DNA of 64,000 nt. Origin: an uncultured Gammaproteobacteria bacterium. Lineage in GTDB: Bacteria; Cyanobacteriota; Vampirovibrionia; LMEP-6097. The notes below the pieces were generated by a model. It was not told the DNA's origin. It saw only the letters and a list, made by a program, of their open reading frames with translations, and did no database searches. The stretch is from the NCBI GenBank assembly GCA_964438425.1, contig CAYTKM010000005.1, positions 9,294 to 73,293 on the forward strand, read 5' to 3'. Both the position numbers and the translations under genes were made by a program. Of this stretch, positions 19,236 through 29,678 are shown piece by piece; within the stretch, counting starts at the first letter, position 1, and each line of letters begins with the position of its first letter.

Positions 19236-20444
19236 TTAAAATATATCTAAATTAATAAATTCAAGCTGATCAAAGCTTATAAATTCAACACAAATACCAT
19301 GATAATCTAAAGTTGTATTAAGGTTTTCATTTATTATAAAGCCTTTTTGGGTTTTAGGGTAAGCTGAAATAAATTTTTCAAAGCTTTTAGGGATATTTGC
19401 AACTTTCAAGTTAGATTTAACTTCAAATATATATGGTAGTTGATTTTTAATATATACAAAATCAATTTCATCACCTTTTTTAGTACGCCAAAATCTCAAC
19501 TCAGCATTAGGTGGCAGTTGTGTATATAAAAAATTATGAACATATGTTTCATGTATTAAACCTTTATCATCACGCAATTCTATAGATTTGAAATCACTTA
19601 AAATCATATTTCTAATTCCAGAATCATATAAGTAATATTTTTTAGATTTTTTTAGTTCATTACTTAAATTCTTAGCATAACTATGAAGAGAATAAAGTAC
19701 AAAAGTCTCTTCTAAAACATAAAGGTAATTTTCTAATTCTTTAGCACTTATTTTTAATTCATTAGCCAAACTTGCTATAGCAATGATTTGTCCTTGTCTT
19801 GCTGCTAATAAATATAACAATTTATTAAAGGCAGGTACATTTTGCTCGGCAATAAGTGATTTAATGTCCTTTAAAATATATGTAGCAAGTAGATTCTGCA
19901 ATTCTTTAATTTTATTAGCTTCATCTTTTATATTAATTAAAGCTGGCAGCGCGCCATATAGAAAATAATCAGCTAAACTATTATTGATTTGACTGTATTC
20001 ATTAAAGTTTAAAGGATATATTATTTCTTGATTTTTTCTTCCAGCCAAACTTTCTTTAAGGTGTTTATGAATCTCAAGTGAAGATGAACCTGAAGCGATA
20101 ATTTTAATATCTTTACTTGGATCATCATAAATAGCTTTAAAAAACTTGGAAGCATTATTAAAGTATTGAAATTCATCTATAAATATATAATCAACATTAT
20201 CAGTAATATCTTCATACAATTCAACTAAGTCTTGACTAAAGTAACGACTATCTTTAGGAATTTCTAGGTTAAAGTATTTAGCTCTCTTAGCTTTATCCTC
20301 TATAAACTGCTTTAGTTCTAATAATAAGTGAGTTTTGCCAACTTGCCTGGCTCCAATTAAAATTAGTATTTTAGAATTAGCTAAATCTTGTTGAAGATAC
20401 TCGTAAATAGTTCGTGTTATTAAATAGTTAGAGTTACTAGACAT
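19236..20444 (-). CDS. AAA+ ATPase, COG1373 family (AAA_14 + DUF4143)
   Basis: Walker A GARQVGKT, Walker B IFIDEFQ, SLAGR motif. Paralog of the 20766 gene. Confidence 0.7.
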   Translation of the reverse strand: MSSNSNYLITRTIYEYLQQDLANSKILILIGARQVGKTHLLLELKQFIEDKAKRAKYFNLEIPKDSRYFSQDLVELYEDITDNVDYIFIDEFQYFNNASKFFKAIYDDPSKDIKIIASGSSSLEIHKHLKESLAGRKNQEIIYPLNFNEYSQINNSLADYFLYGALPALINIKDEANKIKELQNLLATYILKDIKSLIAEQNVPAFNKLLYLLAARQGQIIAIASLANELKISAKELENYLYVLEETFVLYSLHSYAKNLSNELKKSKKYYLYDSGIRNMILSDFKSIELRDDKGLIHETYVHNFLYTQLPPNAELRFWRTKKGDEIDFVYIKNQLPYIFEVKSNLKVANIPKSFEKFISAYPKTQKGFIINENLNTTLDYHGICVEFISFDQLEFINLDIF

Positions 20445-20663
20445 TGTTTTTAGATTAGATTTTTAGTAGATTTATTTCTTTTAATTAGATTTTATTAAGT
20501 CATTATATTAACTTAACAAGCTTCGTTACCATTTTACCACTTTCAAGCAGAATAGTAACAATGGCACTATTTTATATGTTTATGCTATTTAGTAACAGTA
20601 AACAGACTAAATACAAAAGTTATACTATTTAACAAAGATTATTTCATATTAATAGTTTTTGTC

Positions 20664-20759
20664 TCGACTAATCTAAAATTAGACTTTGGATTAGTCGAGA
20701 TTTTGCTTGACAAATATTATATATTTCGACTAATCTGAAATTAGACTTTGGATTAGTCG
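20664..20759. promoter_or_regulatory. two copies of a 35-bp operator-like palindrome flanking promoter-like elements
   Basis: tCGACTAATC-N15-GATTAGTCGa occurs at 20664-20698 and 20726-20759. TTGACA and TATATA lie between, immediately upstream of the 20766 start. Confidence 0.45.
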
Positions 20760-20765
20760 GACATA

Positions 20766-21986
20766 ATGGATAATATAAAAAGAACATTAACGCAAACTAT
20801 CAAAGAAACTAGTGACAGTTTTAAAGTTTTATTATTAACAGGACCCAGGCAAGTAGGTAAAACTACACTTTTGCAGGAAGTACAAAAAAAAACTCGTTCA
20901 TATATTACTTTAGATGATTTAGATATGCGGCTAGCTGCACAAAAAGATCCTGCTAGTTTTTTAGATCGTTTAGATTTTCCAGTATTAATTGATGAAGTAC
21001 AATATGCACCAGATTTATTTCCATACATAAAAATGATCGTAGATAAAGAAAAAACGCCAGGTATGTTTTGGCTCACAGGTTCGCAGCAATTTGAAATGAT
21101 GAAGAATATCAATGAATCCTTAGCTGGTAGAGTAGCAATTTTAAATTTGCAAGGAATTTCACTTGCTGAAGAGCAAAATCGACCAAACGATAAGCCATTT
21201 TTACCCACCTTAGAATTATTAAAGTCTCGCAAAAAAGCTAAACCTTTAAGCTTAACTGCTGCGTATCATATAATCTGGCGTGGTTCATACCCTGATGTAG
21301 TGATTAGAGATGGTAAAAATTGGGAGCGTTTTTATAGTTCATATCTTTCAACTTATATTCAACGTGACGTCAGAGAATATCTAGACATTCAAGATACAGC
21401 TTCTTTTCATAAATTTATGGGTATAGCTGCTGCAAGAACTGGACAACTAGTAAATTATACTGATATCGCTCGAGATGTAGGAGTAAGTCAGCCAACTATA
21501 AAAACTTGGATAAATGTGTTACAAGCTTCAGGAATTATAACTTTACTTCAGCCTTATTATAATAATCAAACTAAGCGCTTAGTGAAAAGCCCTAAATTAT
21601 ACTTTATGGATACTGGGCTCTGTTCATATTTAACTGGCTGGTTGAATGAAGATGTTTTAGAGCGTGGTGCAATGTCTGGAGCTATACTTGAGACTTGGGT
21701 AATATCAGAAATAATTAAGTCATATTTACACCATGGACGTAAACCGCGTATCTATTTTTACAGAGATAAGGATAAACGTGAAGTTGATGTTTTAATTGAA
21801 GAGAACGGTGTATTGCACCCTATAGAAATTAAGAAAACAGCTTCGATCAGAAATATGAAATTCAAAGGTTTTGATATGCTTGACAAACTCGGAGTGAATA
21901 TCGGTCACGGAGGTGTGATGTGTTTTACTCAGTCATTAATACCGATTTCAAAAGGTATTGATGCTATACCTGTGGGGTATTTGTAA
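20766..21986 (+). CDS. AAA+ ATPase, COG1373 family (AAA_14 + DUF4143)
   Basis: Walker A GPRQVGKT, Walker B LIDEVQ, SLAGR motif. Confidence 0.7.
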   Translation: MDNIKRTLTQTIKETSDSFKVLLLTGPRQVGKTTLLQEVQKKTRSYITLDDLDMRLAAQKDPASFLDRLDFPVLIDEVQYAPDLFPYIKMIVDKEKTPGMFWLTGSQQFEMMKNINESLAGRVAILNLQGISLAEEQNRPNDKPFLPTLELLKSRKKAKPLSLTAAYHIIWRGSYPDVVIRDGKNWERFYSSYLSTYIQRDVREYLDIQDTASFHKFMGIAAARTGQLVNYTDIARDVGVSQPTIKTWINVLQASGIITLLQPYYNNQTKRLVKSPKLYFMDTGLCSYLTGWLNEDVLERGAMSGAILETWVISEIIKSYLHHGRKPRIYFYRDKDKREVDVLIEENGVLHPIEIKKTASIRNMKFKGFDMLDKLGVNIGHGGVMCFTQSLIPISKGIDAIPVGYL

Positions 21987-22238
21987 AGCGAAGTAAAATC
22001 TATTTATAAATTACATATACAATATTCGATTAGTTAAAATGCTACGCGGAGCTAATTCAAAATAAACTTTTAATAAATCTAACGTAGATCTGTATGAAAT
22101 TTAAAAAACTTTTAAAACTCTATTAGTAAGCATACTAATTTCAAAAGCTAAGTTATTAATTTTGATTAAGTGGAAGCTAGGAAAAAAATAAAATTAAGCT
22201 TAGCCTTAAGTTTTAAATAATAAACTAAAATAAATAAG

Positions 22239-22313
22239 TGGTGCTGGGGATAGGATTCGAACCCACGACCGCCTGATTACAAGTCAGATGCTCTACCAAC
22301 TGAGCTACCCCAG
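22239..22313 (-). tRNA. tRNA-Thr (anticodon TGT)
   Basis: Manual fold: GCTGGGG acceptor, D-arm GCTCAGTTGGTAGAGC, anticodon loop CTTGTAA, T-arm GGTTCGAATCC, 3' CCA. Confidence 0.85.
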
Positions 22314-22429
22314 CTCACGAATTAAAATTATAGCAAAAAGATTTTGAATAACTTTTATTTTGCTAGACTTATAGTTTTTTTTAATTTTTTAGGCAATTAG
22401 GTTTGAAGTAATGCTGTAAAATTGTCCAT

Positions 22430-22466
22430 CCGTGACCGCCTGATTACAAGTCAGATGCTCTACCAG
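22430..22466 (-). other. partial duplicate of tRNA-Thr (internal 37 nt, 1 mismatch)
   Basis: ccgtgaccgcctgattacaagtcagatgctctaccag matches tRNA positions 22265-22299. It lies 117 bp from the intact gene. Confidence 0.7.
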
Positions 22467-22573
22467 TGAATATATTTTGGCTAATAAATTAGATTATACT
22501 AAACATTTTCTTTAAAAGCATACATAAAACTATACTAAGCATTTGAAAGCAACAAGTACATAACCTAACAAGA

Positions 22574-22650
22574 TTAGAAATAAATTCTAAAAAACGCCCA
22601 AATTTAGAAAATTACTATAAATTAGCACTAAATTTAGAAAATAATTCTAA
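22574..22650. repeat. A/T palindrome cluster B (two TTAGAA-N5-TTCTAA sites plus a half-site)
   Basis: 22574-22590 and 22634-22650. aatttagaaaatt half-site at 22601. Confidence 0.5.
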
Positions 22651-22825
22651 ATTACAACTTTAGTTTAAAATACTCACGAATCCTAAATTGAAATTATTAA
22701 TACTAATCGCAGTTAAAGCAGACTTTAGAATTGTACCTTTAAACAAAGGCTAAAATTTAAAACTTAATTACTATCTCTAGAGTAAACTAAAGGTTCACAT
22801 AAACTTAAACTCTAAAATAAAACAC

Positions 22826-23260
22826 TTAAATTACACTTGACTTATCGGCATCAGTAACCAGCTTGTCTAAGTTTTCAGCACTTTCAATTATATTTTTTTT
22901 CTCTAATGTTTTTATAACTCTAACCCCATGATGCAAAGTTTTAGACATTAAAATATGCTCGTCTTCAACTTCCATCACTATAAACTCTGTACCATCATCT
23001 AGAACCTCTTTTTGAACTAAATTAATCTTGTATTTTTGTTTAAGTCTAGAGCTAGGACCCACACCCTTTAATAAACCAAATTTTTCTTTTAGAAAATCTG
23101 GCACTACCCAGCTACCACTTTTAATTTTTTGGACTGCGTAATTACTAAATAACCAGAGAAACAGTAAAAATATTAAAACCGTATAAAACCTAGCGCTGAT
23201 ACTGTTAGTTATATTAGTAGGATTAGCTTCTGTCTCTATTAAGGCGGCAAGTAATATCAT
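22826..23260 (-). CDS. hypothetical membrane protein
   Basis: 144-aa ORF with a hydrophobic N-terminal half. Confidence 0.4.
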   Translation of the reverse strand: MILLAALIETEANPTNITNSISARFYTVLIFLLFLWLFSNYAVQKIKSGSWVVPDFLKEKFGLLKGVGPSSRLKQKYKINLVQKEVLDDGTEFIVMEVEDEHILMSKTLHHGVRVIKTLEKKNIIESAENLDKLVTDADKSSVI

Positions 23261-23707
23261 CTGTTCATATTATGACACTGCTAAAGGATGTATTCAATCT
23301 CGATAGGTTAAAACACAGCTTAGTTAGGTTAAACTAAGTATTTAAAAACAAGTTTTATATATGTTGTATTAATTAATTGTAGTTGTTTATAAACTATATG
23401 CAAGTCTAAAACAGGTACAATATATTAGACTTTAAGTCTATAGTGCACATTAAACTACCAGTCTATAATGTATCCAAGATCGTTTGAAAAAAATTCAATT
23501 AAGACTGAACTAGACAATAAAGATTAGATAAGAAATATTAGTAAGATAAATTTAAACAAATAAATAAAAATTTGCTACTTAGATTTAACTCATACCAAGT
23601 CTAAAAATAAAATCAAATAAGCTTATTTAAAGTTAAAGTTTAAATGTTTTAACCAATTTCAAAAATTAAATAAAATAAAATCTACCTAAATTTAAAGTTC
23701 CAGGAAA

Positions 23708-24544
23708 CTAATTAACCTCAAAATCGAAAAAAGCTTGCCTAATATATAATTTATCAGGTAATTCTACTTCACTTATTAAGTCTTCTATGTCCTGCTCATC
23801 TTCAATATAGCTAGCTGCAATCATACGCCAAATAGCTTTTTGGTTTTCATCCTCACCCTCTACAAAAGCTTCTTGATACTTATGTAATTTAAATTTTATA
23901 GATTGAAAGAATTCAATCAGATTTTCTTTATTATAAGCATGGGTATAATTATCATTTAAGATTTTTTCAAAGGCTGAACTAGTATTTAGAATCAGCTCTT
24001 CTTTAGTACGCTCATATAGCTTTAAATAAAAACTATAGTTAGCTTTAATAATATTACGCTCTAAAAGACTGATTTCACTAAAAGTAATCGAAGGCATAGC
24101 TAAGTTAAAGATAAAGTGAGCTCCAGGCTTCATACTTAACTTTAATTGAACTGCAAGATCGGTTAAATTACCAAATAAGTGAAAACTGCTAAGCGCATAT
24201 GCCAGTGACAAATTTTTATCAAAATACTGAGCTAAATTATTAATAGAGTCATTAATATACTCAACATCATGCTGTAAACGCTGGCAGGCTTTATCTATCA
24301 TAGGCTTTGAAGGCTCTAGCACAATCAGCTTTTGGTTGTCAGCCAGCTCGTTTAAAATTATATGACTAGAGATACCAGTACCTGCACCGAGATCTATTAC
24401 TAAATCTTCTTTAGAGTCTTTAGAAGTAAAGTTCTTAGGATTAGCTATTTCAACAGCATTTTTTGAACTTTGTAAATACAAAAAGTCGGTATTTTTATAA
24501 ATTTCACTAGTTTTAGTACTTAAAAAAGGATTATTAACTGACAA
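23708..24544 (-). CDS. class I SAM-dependent methyltransferase
   Basis: Motif I VIDLGAGTG. Starts 2 nt after the FliN-like stop. Confidence 0.6.
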   Translation of the reverse strand: MSVNNPFLSTKTSEIYKNTDFLYLQSSKNAVEIANPKNFTSKDSKEDLVIDLGAGTGISSHIILNELADNQKLIVLEPSKPMIDKACQRLQHDVEYINDSINNLAQYFDKNLSLAYALSSFHLFGNLTDLAVQLKLSMKPGAHFIFNLAMPSITFSEISLLERNIIKANYSFYLKLYERTKEELILNTSSAFEKILNDNYTHAYNKENLIEFFQSIKFKLHKYQEAFVEGEDENQKAIWRMIAASYIEDEQDIEDLISEVELPDKLYIRQAFFDFEVN

Positions 24545-24545
24545 A

Positions 24546-25478
24546 TTATACTCCTACGGTGAGTCCTAACTCTGAACCGATATCCATACTACCAGCTAGT
24601 TGAGTTATTCTGAGCCCGAAACTATCATCTATAACTACTACTTCACCTCTAGCGATGATCTTATTATTCACAAACAAATCTACTGGCTCGCCCGATAAAC
24701 GATCAAGCTCAATTACTGAACCTTTAGTTAGCTTTAAAATGTCTCTAAGTTGCATTTCAGCCCGGCCTAATTCGACAATTAGCCCCATACGAATATCCAT
24801 GAGTAAGTTTAAATTTCGTTGCTCATTTACATCTTCAGTAGGCTGAGATTTCATGTTCGCAAAATCTACATCATTTACTTTAGCTCCAGAACTTAAATCT
24901 AAACTAATGTCTTTAAAATCTTCTAAAATTTGTTTAATTAAATTTTCACTTATGTTTAAGTAGGCTTCAGACTTAAAATTATCACCTATACTTAGCTCAG
25001 CTAAGATAGTAAAATAATTGGATTCATCTTTAAATTTTAAAGTCTCTTCATCATTGGTATCGATAACCTTGGCTTCAAAATCATCAAACATTAAAGTAGC
25101 GTTTTGATTTTTAGAAAGTAACATATGTAAAGTTGAAGTTGTGACTTGTGAGATTACTTCTTTAACAGCATCTGCACTTTCTTCATCTAAAGCTTTTTTA
25201 TCAGCACCACTTGCAGCAGCAGCTAAGTTTTCAGCTAAATCTTCTTCTAGAACATAAGCTAAAGAACCAAGTTCTTTTTCAGTAGCTGATGCATTTACAA
25301 GTAAAGATTTATTTTCGACATTTTGCACTTGGCCAGCTTCAATCTGAGTTTTACTAAAGTTTTTTACAGATAGATCGAATTCGGCATTTAGAGTTTGCGC
25401 CATGTTAGTTGCATACTCAGAGCTTACTTTTTGTAAAAATTCGATGAAACTTTGCTGTTCTTGGTCGTTTAAAGGCAT
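24546..25478 (-). CDS. FliN/FliY-like switch protein (SpoA domain, CheC-like N-region)
   Basis: C-terminal [50 protein letters not shown] is a typical SpoA/FliN domain. The upstream [19 protein letters not shown] resembles a CheC/FliY segment. Confidence 0.6.
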   Translation of the reverse strand: MPLNDQEQQSFIEFLQKVSSEYATNMAQTLNAEFDLSVKNFSKTQIEAGQVQNVENKSLLVNASATEKELGSLAYVLEEDLAENLAAAASGADKKALDEESADAVKEVISQVTTSTLHMLLSKNQNATLMFDDFEAKVIDTNDEETLKFKDESNYFTILAELSIGDNFKSEAYLNISENLIKQILEDFKDISLDLSSGAKVNDVDFANMKSQPTEDVNEQRNLNLLMDIRMGLIVELGRAEMQLRDILKLTKGSVIELDRLSGEPVDLFVNNKIIARGEVVVIDDSFGLRITQLAGSMDIGSELGLTVGV

Positions 25479-25526
25479 ATTCTTTAACTATGTGCCCCAG
25501 TAAATACCAGCTAAGGTAGTATAAAT

Positions 25527-25612
25527 GGCTTAAAAAGCTTTGATCATGATAGTTAAAAGTACTATTTTAGGCTTAAAAAGCTTTAATCATGATAATTAAA
25601 AGTACTATTTTA
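25527..25612. repeat. 43-bp tandem duplication (2 copies, 2 mismatches)
   Basis: ggcttaaaaagcttt(g/a)atcatgata(g/a)ttaaaagtactatttta x2, 50-135 bp upstream of the FliN-like start. Confidence 0.8.
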
Positions 25613-25813
25613 AGCTTGAAAAAATTAATTTGTAAAGATAAGCGCTATCAGTTAAATCTCAGGTTTTAGTATTCAAACTAAAAATTTAAAAAGTATAATT
25701 AGAGAATTCAAAGATATAAAATTAGATTATTTAAGGTAATACTACTATAAATACAATTAAATAAATAATTAAAGTGATGCAAAAATATAAAGCTTAGTAA
25801 AACTCAGAAAAAA

Positions 25814-25889
25814 TGGTGGACACTGAAAGATTCGAACTTCCGACCGCCTCGGTGTAAACGAGATGCTCTACCAGCTGAGCTAAGTGTCC
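25814..25889 (-). tRNA. tRNA-Val (anticodon TAC)
   Basis: Manual fold: GGACACT acceptor, anticodon loop TTTACAC, GGTTCGAATC T-arm, CCA end. Confidence 0.85.
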
Positions 25890-26267
25890 GTAAGTAAATA
25901 TAATAAGTGATTAGCTAGGCTAAAGTAAAGTCTAAGTGATTAATTTTATAATTTCTAAATGTCTTAGATTCAAGTGCTTAGTTATAAAATTTTCAGTACC
26001 TCTATATATGCTTGTATAACTTTCTAAAGTGATACTGATTAAAATTAATATTAGTTAAACTTTGAAAACCAGTTTACTAAATTTTATAAGTTAGAAAATA
26101 TATTAAAAGTCAGATTACTTAAGCTTGGTCTAATATAAGCTTATAGACATTAGTAAATCAAAACTTTAGCATATTAGTCATTTATTAATACTGTATGCAA
26201 TATGTTCAGCAGTAAATATACTATTAACTAATAAAATTTAAATTAAATATACTAAAATTAAGTAAGT

Positions 26268-28820
26268 TTGTTTTACTGCCGAGTTATTTTATCAAAACTT
26301 AACACCTACTTTAGTAAGCACTGGGATAATTCGCTCATTTATCAGCTAAATGGCGCTCAAAGAGAACAAATAAAAATTGGCTCTTTTATTCGAGTGACTC
26401 ATAAAACTAAACAAAGATATGCTTTAGTTATAGATGTTTTTGAAACTGCTAAAGCACCTGAATTTAAAGTTAACGAAGTTGATTCGCTTATCGGTAATAG
26501 TTTAGTCTATCCACCTGATCTAATTCAACTTATTTTACATACAGCTGAATATTACGCATCGACTTACTCTCAAGTACTAGATGCTAGTCTATCGATTAGT
26601 TTCTTACCTGATTTGAAGGTTTATTATCGCTTATCGGCAAGAATATTAGCGCTATTTAATGCTAAAAATAACATTAAAGATAAATCAGGTAAACTTAGCC
26701 TAAAAAAGCAAACTAATTCGGTTGATTATGTAAATGAAGAAATCTCAAGTGGCAATCTTACTAAAAATATATGCCTAGAGAGTCAAGATAGTTCAGAAAA
26801 TAAAGAAAATAGGGAAATATCTCTAGATCAGAGTTTAAAGAATTTATATAAAACTCAATATTCAAAAGATCAAGCAGGTTTAGACAAGCCACTAGAGCAA
26901 ACTAAACAAGTTACTGTTTCAAGTGAACTTGATTCTTTAATGGAAAACCAATATAAAATTCTTGAATTAATTTATAACTCCAGAAGTAAAAAACTACGTG
27001 ACGACCGTTTAAATCAGTTAGTCACTTTTAAAAAGAATACTTTAAAGAAACATTTAAAAGCTTTACTTGAGCGTGGCATGATAGTCAGTGAATATAGTTC
27101 AAGTGACGAGATTAGCCTAAAAAGTGAAGGCACAAGTATGATCGGTAAGCTAGCTCCCGCTGATAAAAATATTCGAGTTAAGCATGGACTTAATACAGAT
27201 CAAAAGCAGGCTTTAGAGTTAATTCGCAATTCAGATAAACGAATTAATAAGTTCGTTCTACATGGTATTACAGGTAGTGGCAAGACTGAAGTTTACATTC
27301 ATCTTTTAGAAGAAATGCTGGCAGCAGGAAAATCATCCATAGTGTTAATTCCTGAAATTTCACTTGCTCCGCAATTAATTCAAAGATTAAATCAGTACTT
27401 TAAAAGTGAAGATTTGCTAGTCTGGCATTCAGCTTTAAGTAAAGCCGAAAAAAGATATACATTTAATATGCTTTTAAGTGGCGCGCCTAAAATAGTGGTC
27501 GGCGCGCGCTCAGCGATCTTCGCCCCCTGCCATCAGCTAGGTTTAATAGTCGTCGATGAAGAGCATGAAAATTCTTATAAACAAAATGAACCCGAACCAA
27601 GATACCATGGTGTTCAGTTAGCACTAGAGCGCGCCAGCTCCGCTGGCGCGCGTCTCATTCTGGCATCGGCTACGCCAAGTATTGAAACCTACTTTAAAGC
27701 GATTAACTCTAATCATCCTGACTATCAGTTAATAGAGCTTAAAAACCGTACCAACCTAAAGTCTTTACCTGATATCGAAATAGTAGATATGCGCGAAGAG
27801 TTTAAAAATAATAATAAAAGTATTTTTTCAGCTGAACTCAGAAATCTTATAAATCAGAAACTAGAATCTAAAGAGCAGATTATACTTTTTCTAAATAAAC
27901 GTGGTGATTCAACACATGTATTTTGCAGGACTTGCGGTTTTGTTTACAATTGCCCAAATTGCACCAGTAAGATCGTTTATCATTCAGATAAACAAACTAT
28001 GTTATGTCACTTCTGTGGCTACCGGGAGCCTCACCCACGCTCTTGTCCAATGTGCGGCGAGCATACCATTAAATATTTCGGTTTAGGCACTCAAAAACTA
28101 GCCAGTGAAGTTAGTAAAGAGTTTAGTACAGCTAAAGTTAGCCGCATGGATAGTGACACTATGACCAATAATCAAAGTTATATTAAGCTCTGGCAGGATT
28201 TTGCAGCGCAGGATATAGATATTTTAGTTGGCACACAAATGATAGCTAAAGGTTTAGATAACCCTAATCTAACTTTAGTCGGCGTTGTTGCAGCAGATTC
28301 CAATTTTAATCAGTTAGATTACACCTCAGAAGAAAAAGCATTTCAATTATTAACTCAGGTGGCAGGTCGTGCTGGACGCGCCGCTAAAACGGGACAGGTG
28401 GTTTTTCAAACCTATCAACCAGATAGAGAAACTATTAAATTCGCTAGCAAGCACGACTATAATAATTTTTTTAACTATGAAATTGAAAACCGAGCAGATT
28501 ATAATTATCCGCCATTTAGTAAATTAATTCGTTTTATAGTACTGGGGCTTGATGAAAAAGCAGTTATAGACAACATTAACAGGTTGCACAGAAATCTATG
28601 TACAAAATTAGCAGTGCCAGAGAATATAGAAATTGAAGTCTTGGGTCCTTCGCCATGTCAGCTTGCTCGCATTAATAAAAAGTACCGCTATCATATACTA
28701 ATTAAGTTAATTCTTAATCAAGAATACTACCAGTTTGAAATTAAAAAAATATATTATAACTTCAGCTCAGATAACAATACTAATCTAATTATAGATGTAG
28801 ATAACTCCAGTCTATATTAA
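26268..28820 (+). CDS. priA: primosomal protein N' (PriA helicase) with low-complexity insertion
   Basis: TTG start. Walker A GITGSGKT, DEEH box, C-terminal Cys4 zinc finger CRTCG..CPNC..CHFCG..CPMCG. A ~180-aa N/K/S-rich insert follows the N-terminal domain. Confidence 0.85.
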   Translation: MFYCRVILSKLNTYFSKHWDNSLIYQLNGAQREQIKIGSFIRVTHKTKQRYALVIDVFETAKAPEFKVNEVDSLIGNSLVYPPDLIQLILHTAEYYASTYSQVLDASLSISFLPDLKVYYRLSARILALFNAKNNIKDKSGKLSLKKQTNSVDYVNEEISSGNLTKNICLESQDSSENKENREISLDQSLKNLYKTQYSKDQAGLDKPLEQTKQVTVSSELDSLMENQYKILELIYNSRSKKLRDDRLNQLVTFKKNTLKKHLKALLERGMIVSEYSSSDEISLKSEGTSMIGKLAPADKNIRVKHGLNTDQKQALELIRNSDKRINKFVLHGITGSGKTEVYIHLLEEMLAAGKSSIVLIPEISLAPQLIQRLNQYFKSEDLLVWHSALSKAEKRYTFNMLLSGAPKIVVGARSAIFAPCHQLGLIVVDEEHENSYKQNEPEPRYHGVQLALERASSAGARLILASATPSIETYFKAINSNHPDYQLIELKNRTNLKSLPDIEIVDMREEFKNNNKSIFSAELRNLINQKLESKEQIILFLNKRGDSTHVFCRTCGFVYNCPNCTSKIVYHSDKQTMLCHFCGYREPHPRSCPMCGEHTIKYFGLGTQKLASEVSKEFSTAKVSRMDSDTMTNNQSYIKLWQDFAAQDIDILVGTQMIAKGLDNPNLTLVGVVAADSNFNQLDYTSEEKAFQLLTQVAGRAGRAAKTGQVVFQTYQPDRETIKFASKHDYNNFFNYEIENRADYNYPPFSKLIRFIVLGLDEKAVIDNINRLHRNLCTKLAVPENIEIEVLGPSPCQLARINKKYRYHILIKLILNQEYYQFEIKKIYYNFSSDNNTNLIIDVDNSSLY

Positions 28821-28994
28821 ATGTAGATAAGATTAGTAAGTTTTAAATTAATTCTTTTATATAATTGCCGCTATTGAGAAAAATTCGATAAAATTGTCTT
28901 AAATCTGACTCTAGACTTATAGGTTTATGTTTAAAAATTACAAGCCTAGTACTTTTAACTACATTATTAAACTTAAATATTCAAAATAAAAATT

Positions 28995-29645
28995 TTAATT
29001 CGCATAGCCCTCACGCATAGCTTTAACTGCCGCCTGAGTACGATCTTCAACATCTAGTTTATTTAAAAGATTTCTAACATGAGTTTTAGTAGTAGCTAAG
29101 CTAATAAATAATTCTGAAGATATTTGTGAATTACTTTTACCATCAACAATCAGTTTAAGTACTTCCTTCTCGCGATCAGATAAACTATTAATTTCATCGG
29201 AAAGTGACTTAGCAGAAGCCTGAGTTTTAATAACTTTATTAGCTATCGAACTAGATAGCCAGGTATCACCATTAGAAATAGTAGTAAGTGCACTATAAAG
29301 CTGTTCTTGACTAGATTCTTTTAGAGCATAACCATCTGCACCTGCCTGAAAACAAGCTACGATCTCATCTTCTGAGTCTCTACTAGATAGAATTAGTACT
29401 TTTAAGTCTGGATTAATACTTTTTATCTTTTTAGTAGCTAAAATGCCATCAATTCCACTAATACCAATATCCATAATAATTAAATCTAACTTTAGGTTTT
29501 TAGAATGTTCAACAGCACGATCACCATTATTAGTCTCTGCGATAATTTCAATATCATCGTATTTTTCTAAAGTAACTTTTAGACCAATCCTGGTTAATTC
29601 ATTATCTTCAACTAAAAGTATCTTTAAAGTGGTATCAGTTGTCAT
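28995..29645 (-). CDS. two-component response regulator, NarL/LuxR family
   Basis: Receiver (LLVEDN...IMDIGISG) plus C-terminal LuxR HTH (LSDREKEVLKLIVDGKSNSQIS). Confidence 0.8.
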   Translation of the reverse strand: MTTDTTLKILLVEDNELTRIGLKVTLEKYDDIEIIAETNNGDRAVEHSKNLKLDLIIMDIGISGIDGILATKKIKSINPDLKVLILSSRDSEDEIVACFQAGADGYALKESSQEQLYSALTTISNGDTWLSSSIANKVIKTQASAKSLSDEINSLSDREKEVLKLIVDGKSNSQISSELFISLATTKTHVRNLLNKLDVEDRTQAAVKAMREGYAN

Positions 29646-29678
29646 AGTAGTATTATAGTTTACCCTATTATAAGTTAT

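Noticed and set aside
27478-27494. Apparent enrichment of GCGCGC / TGGCGCGC words (about a dozen sites, for example 913, 27478, 27645, 30699, 44405).
   Set aside because: Nearly all are inside coding regions at Ala-Arg/Gly-Ala codon pairs of conserved proteins. The pattern is explainable by amino-acid constraint and shows no orientation or spacing.
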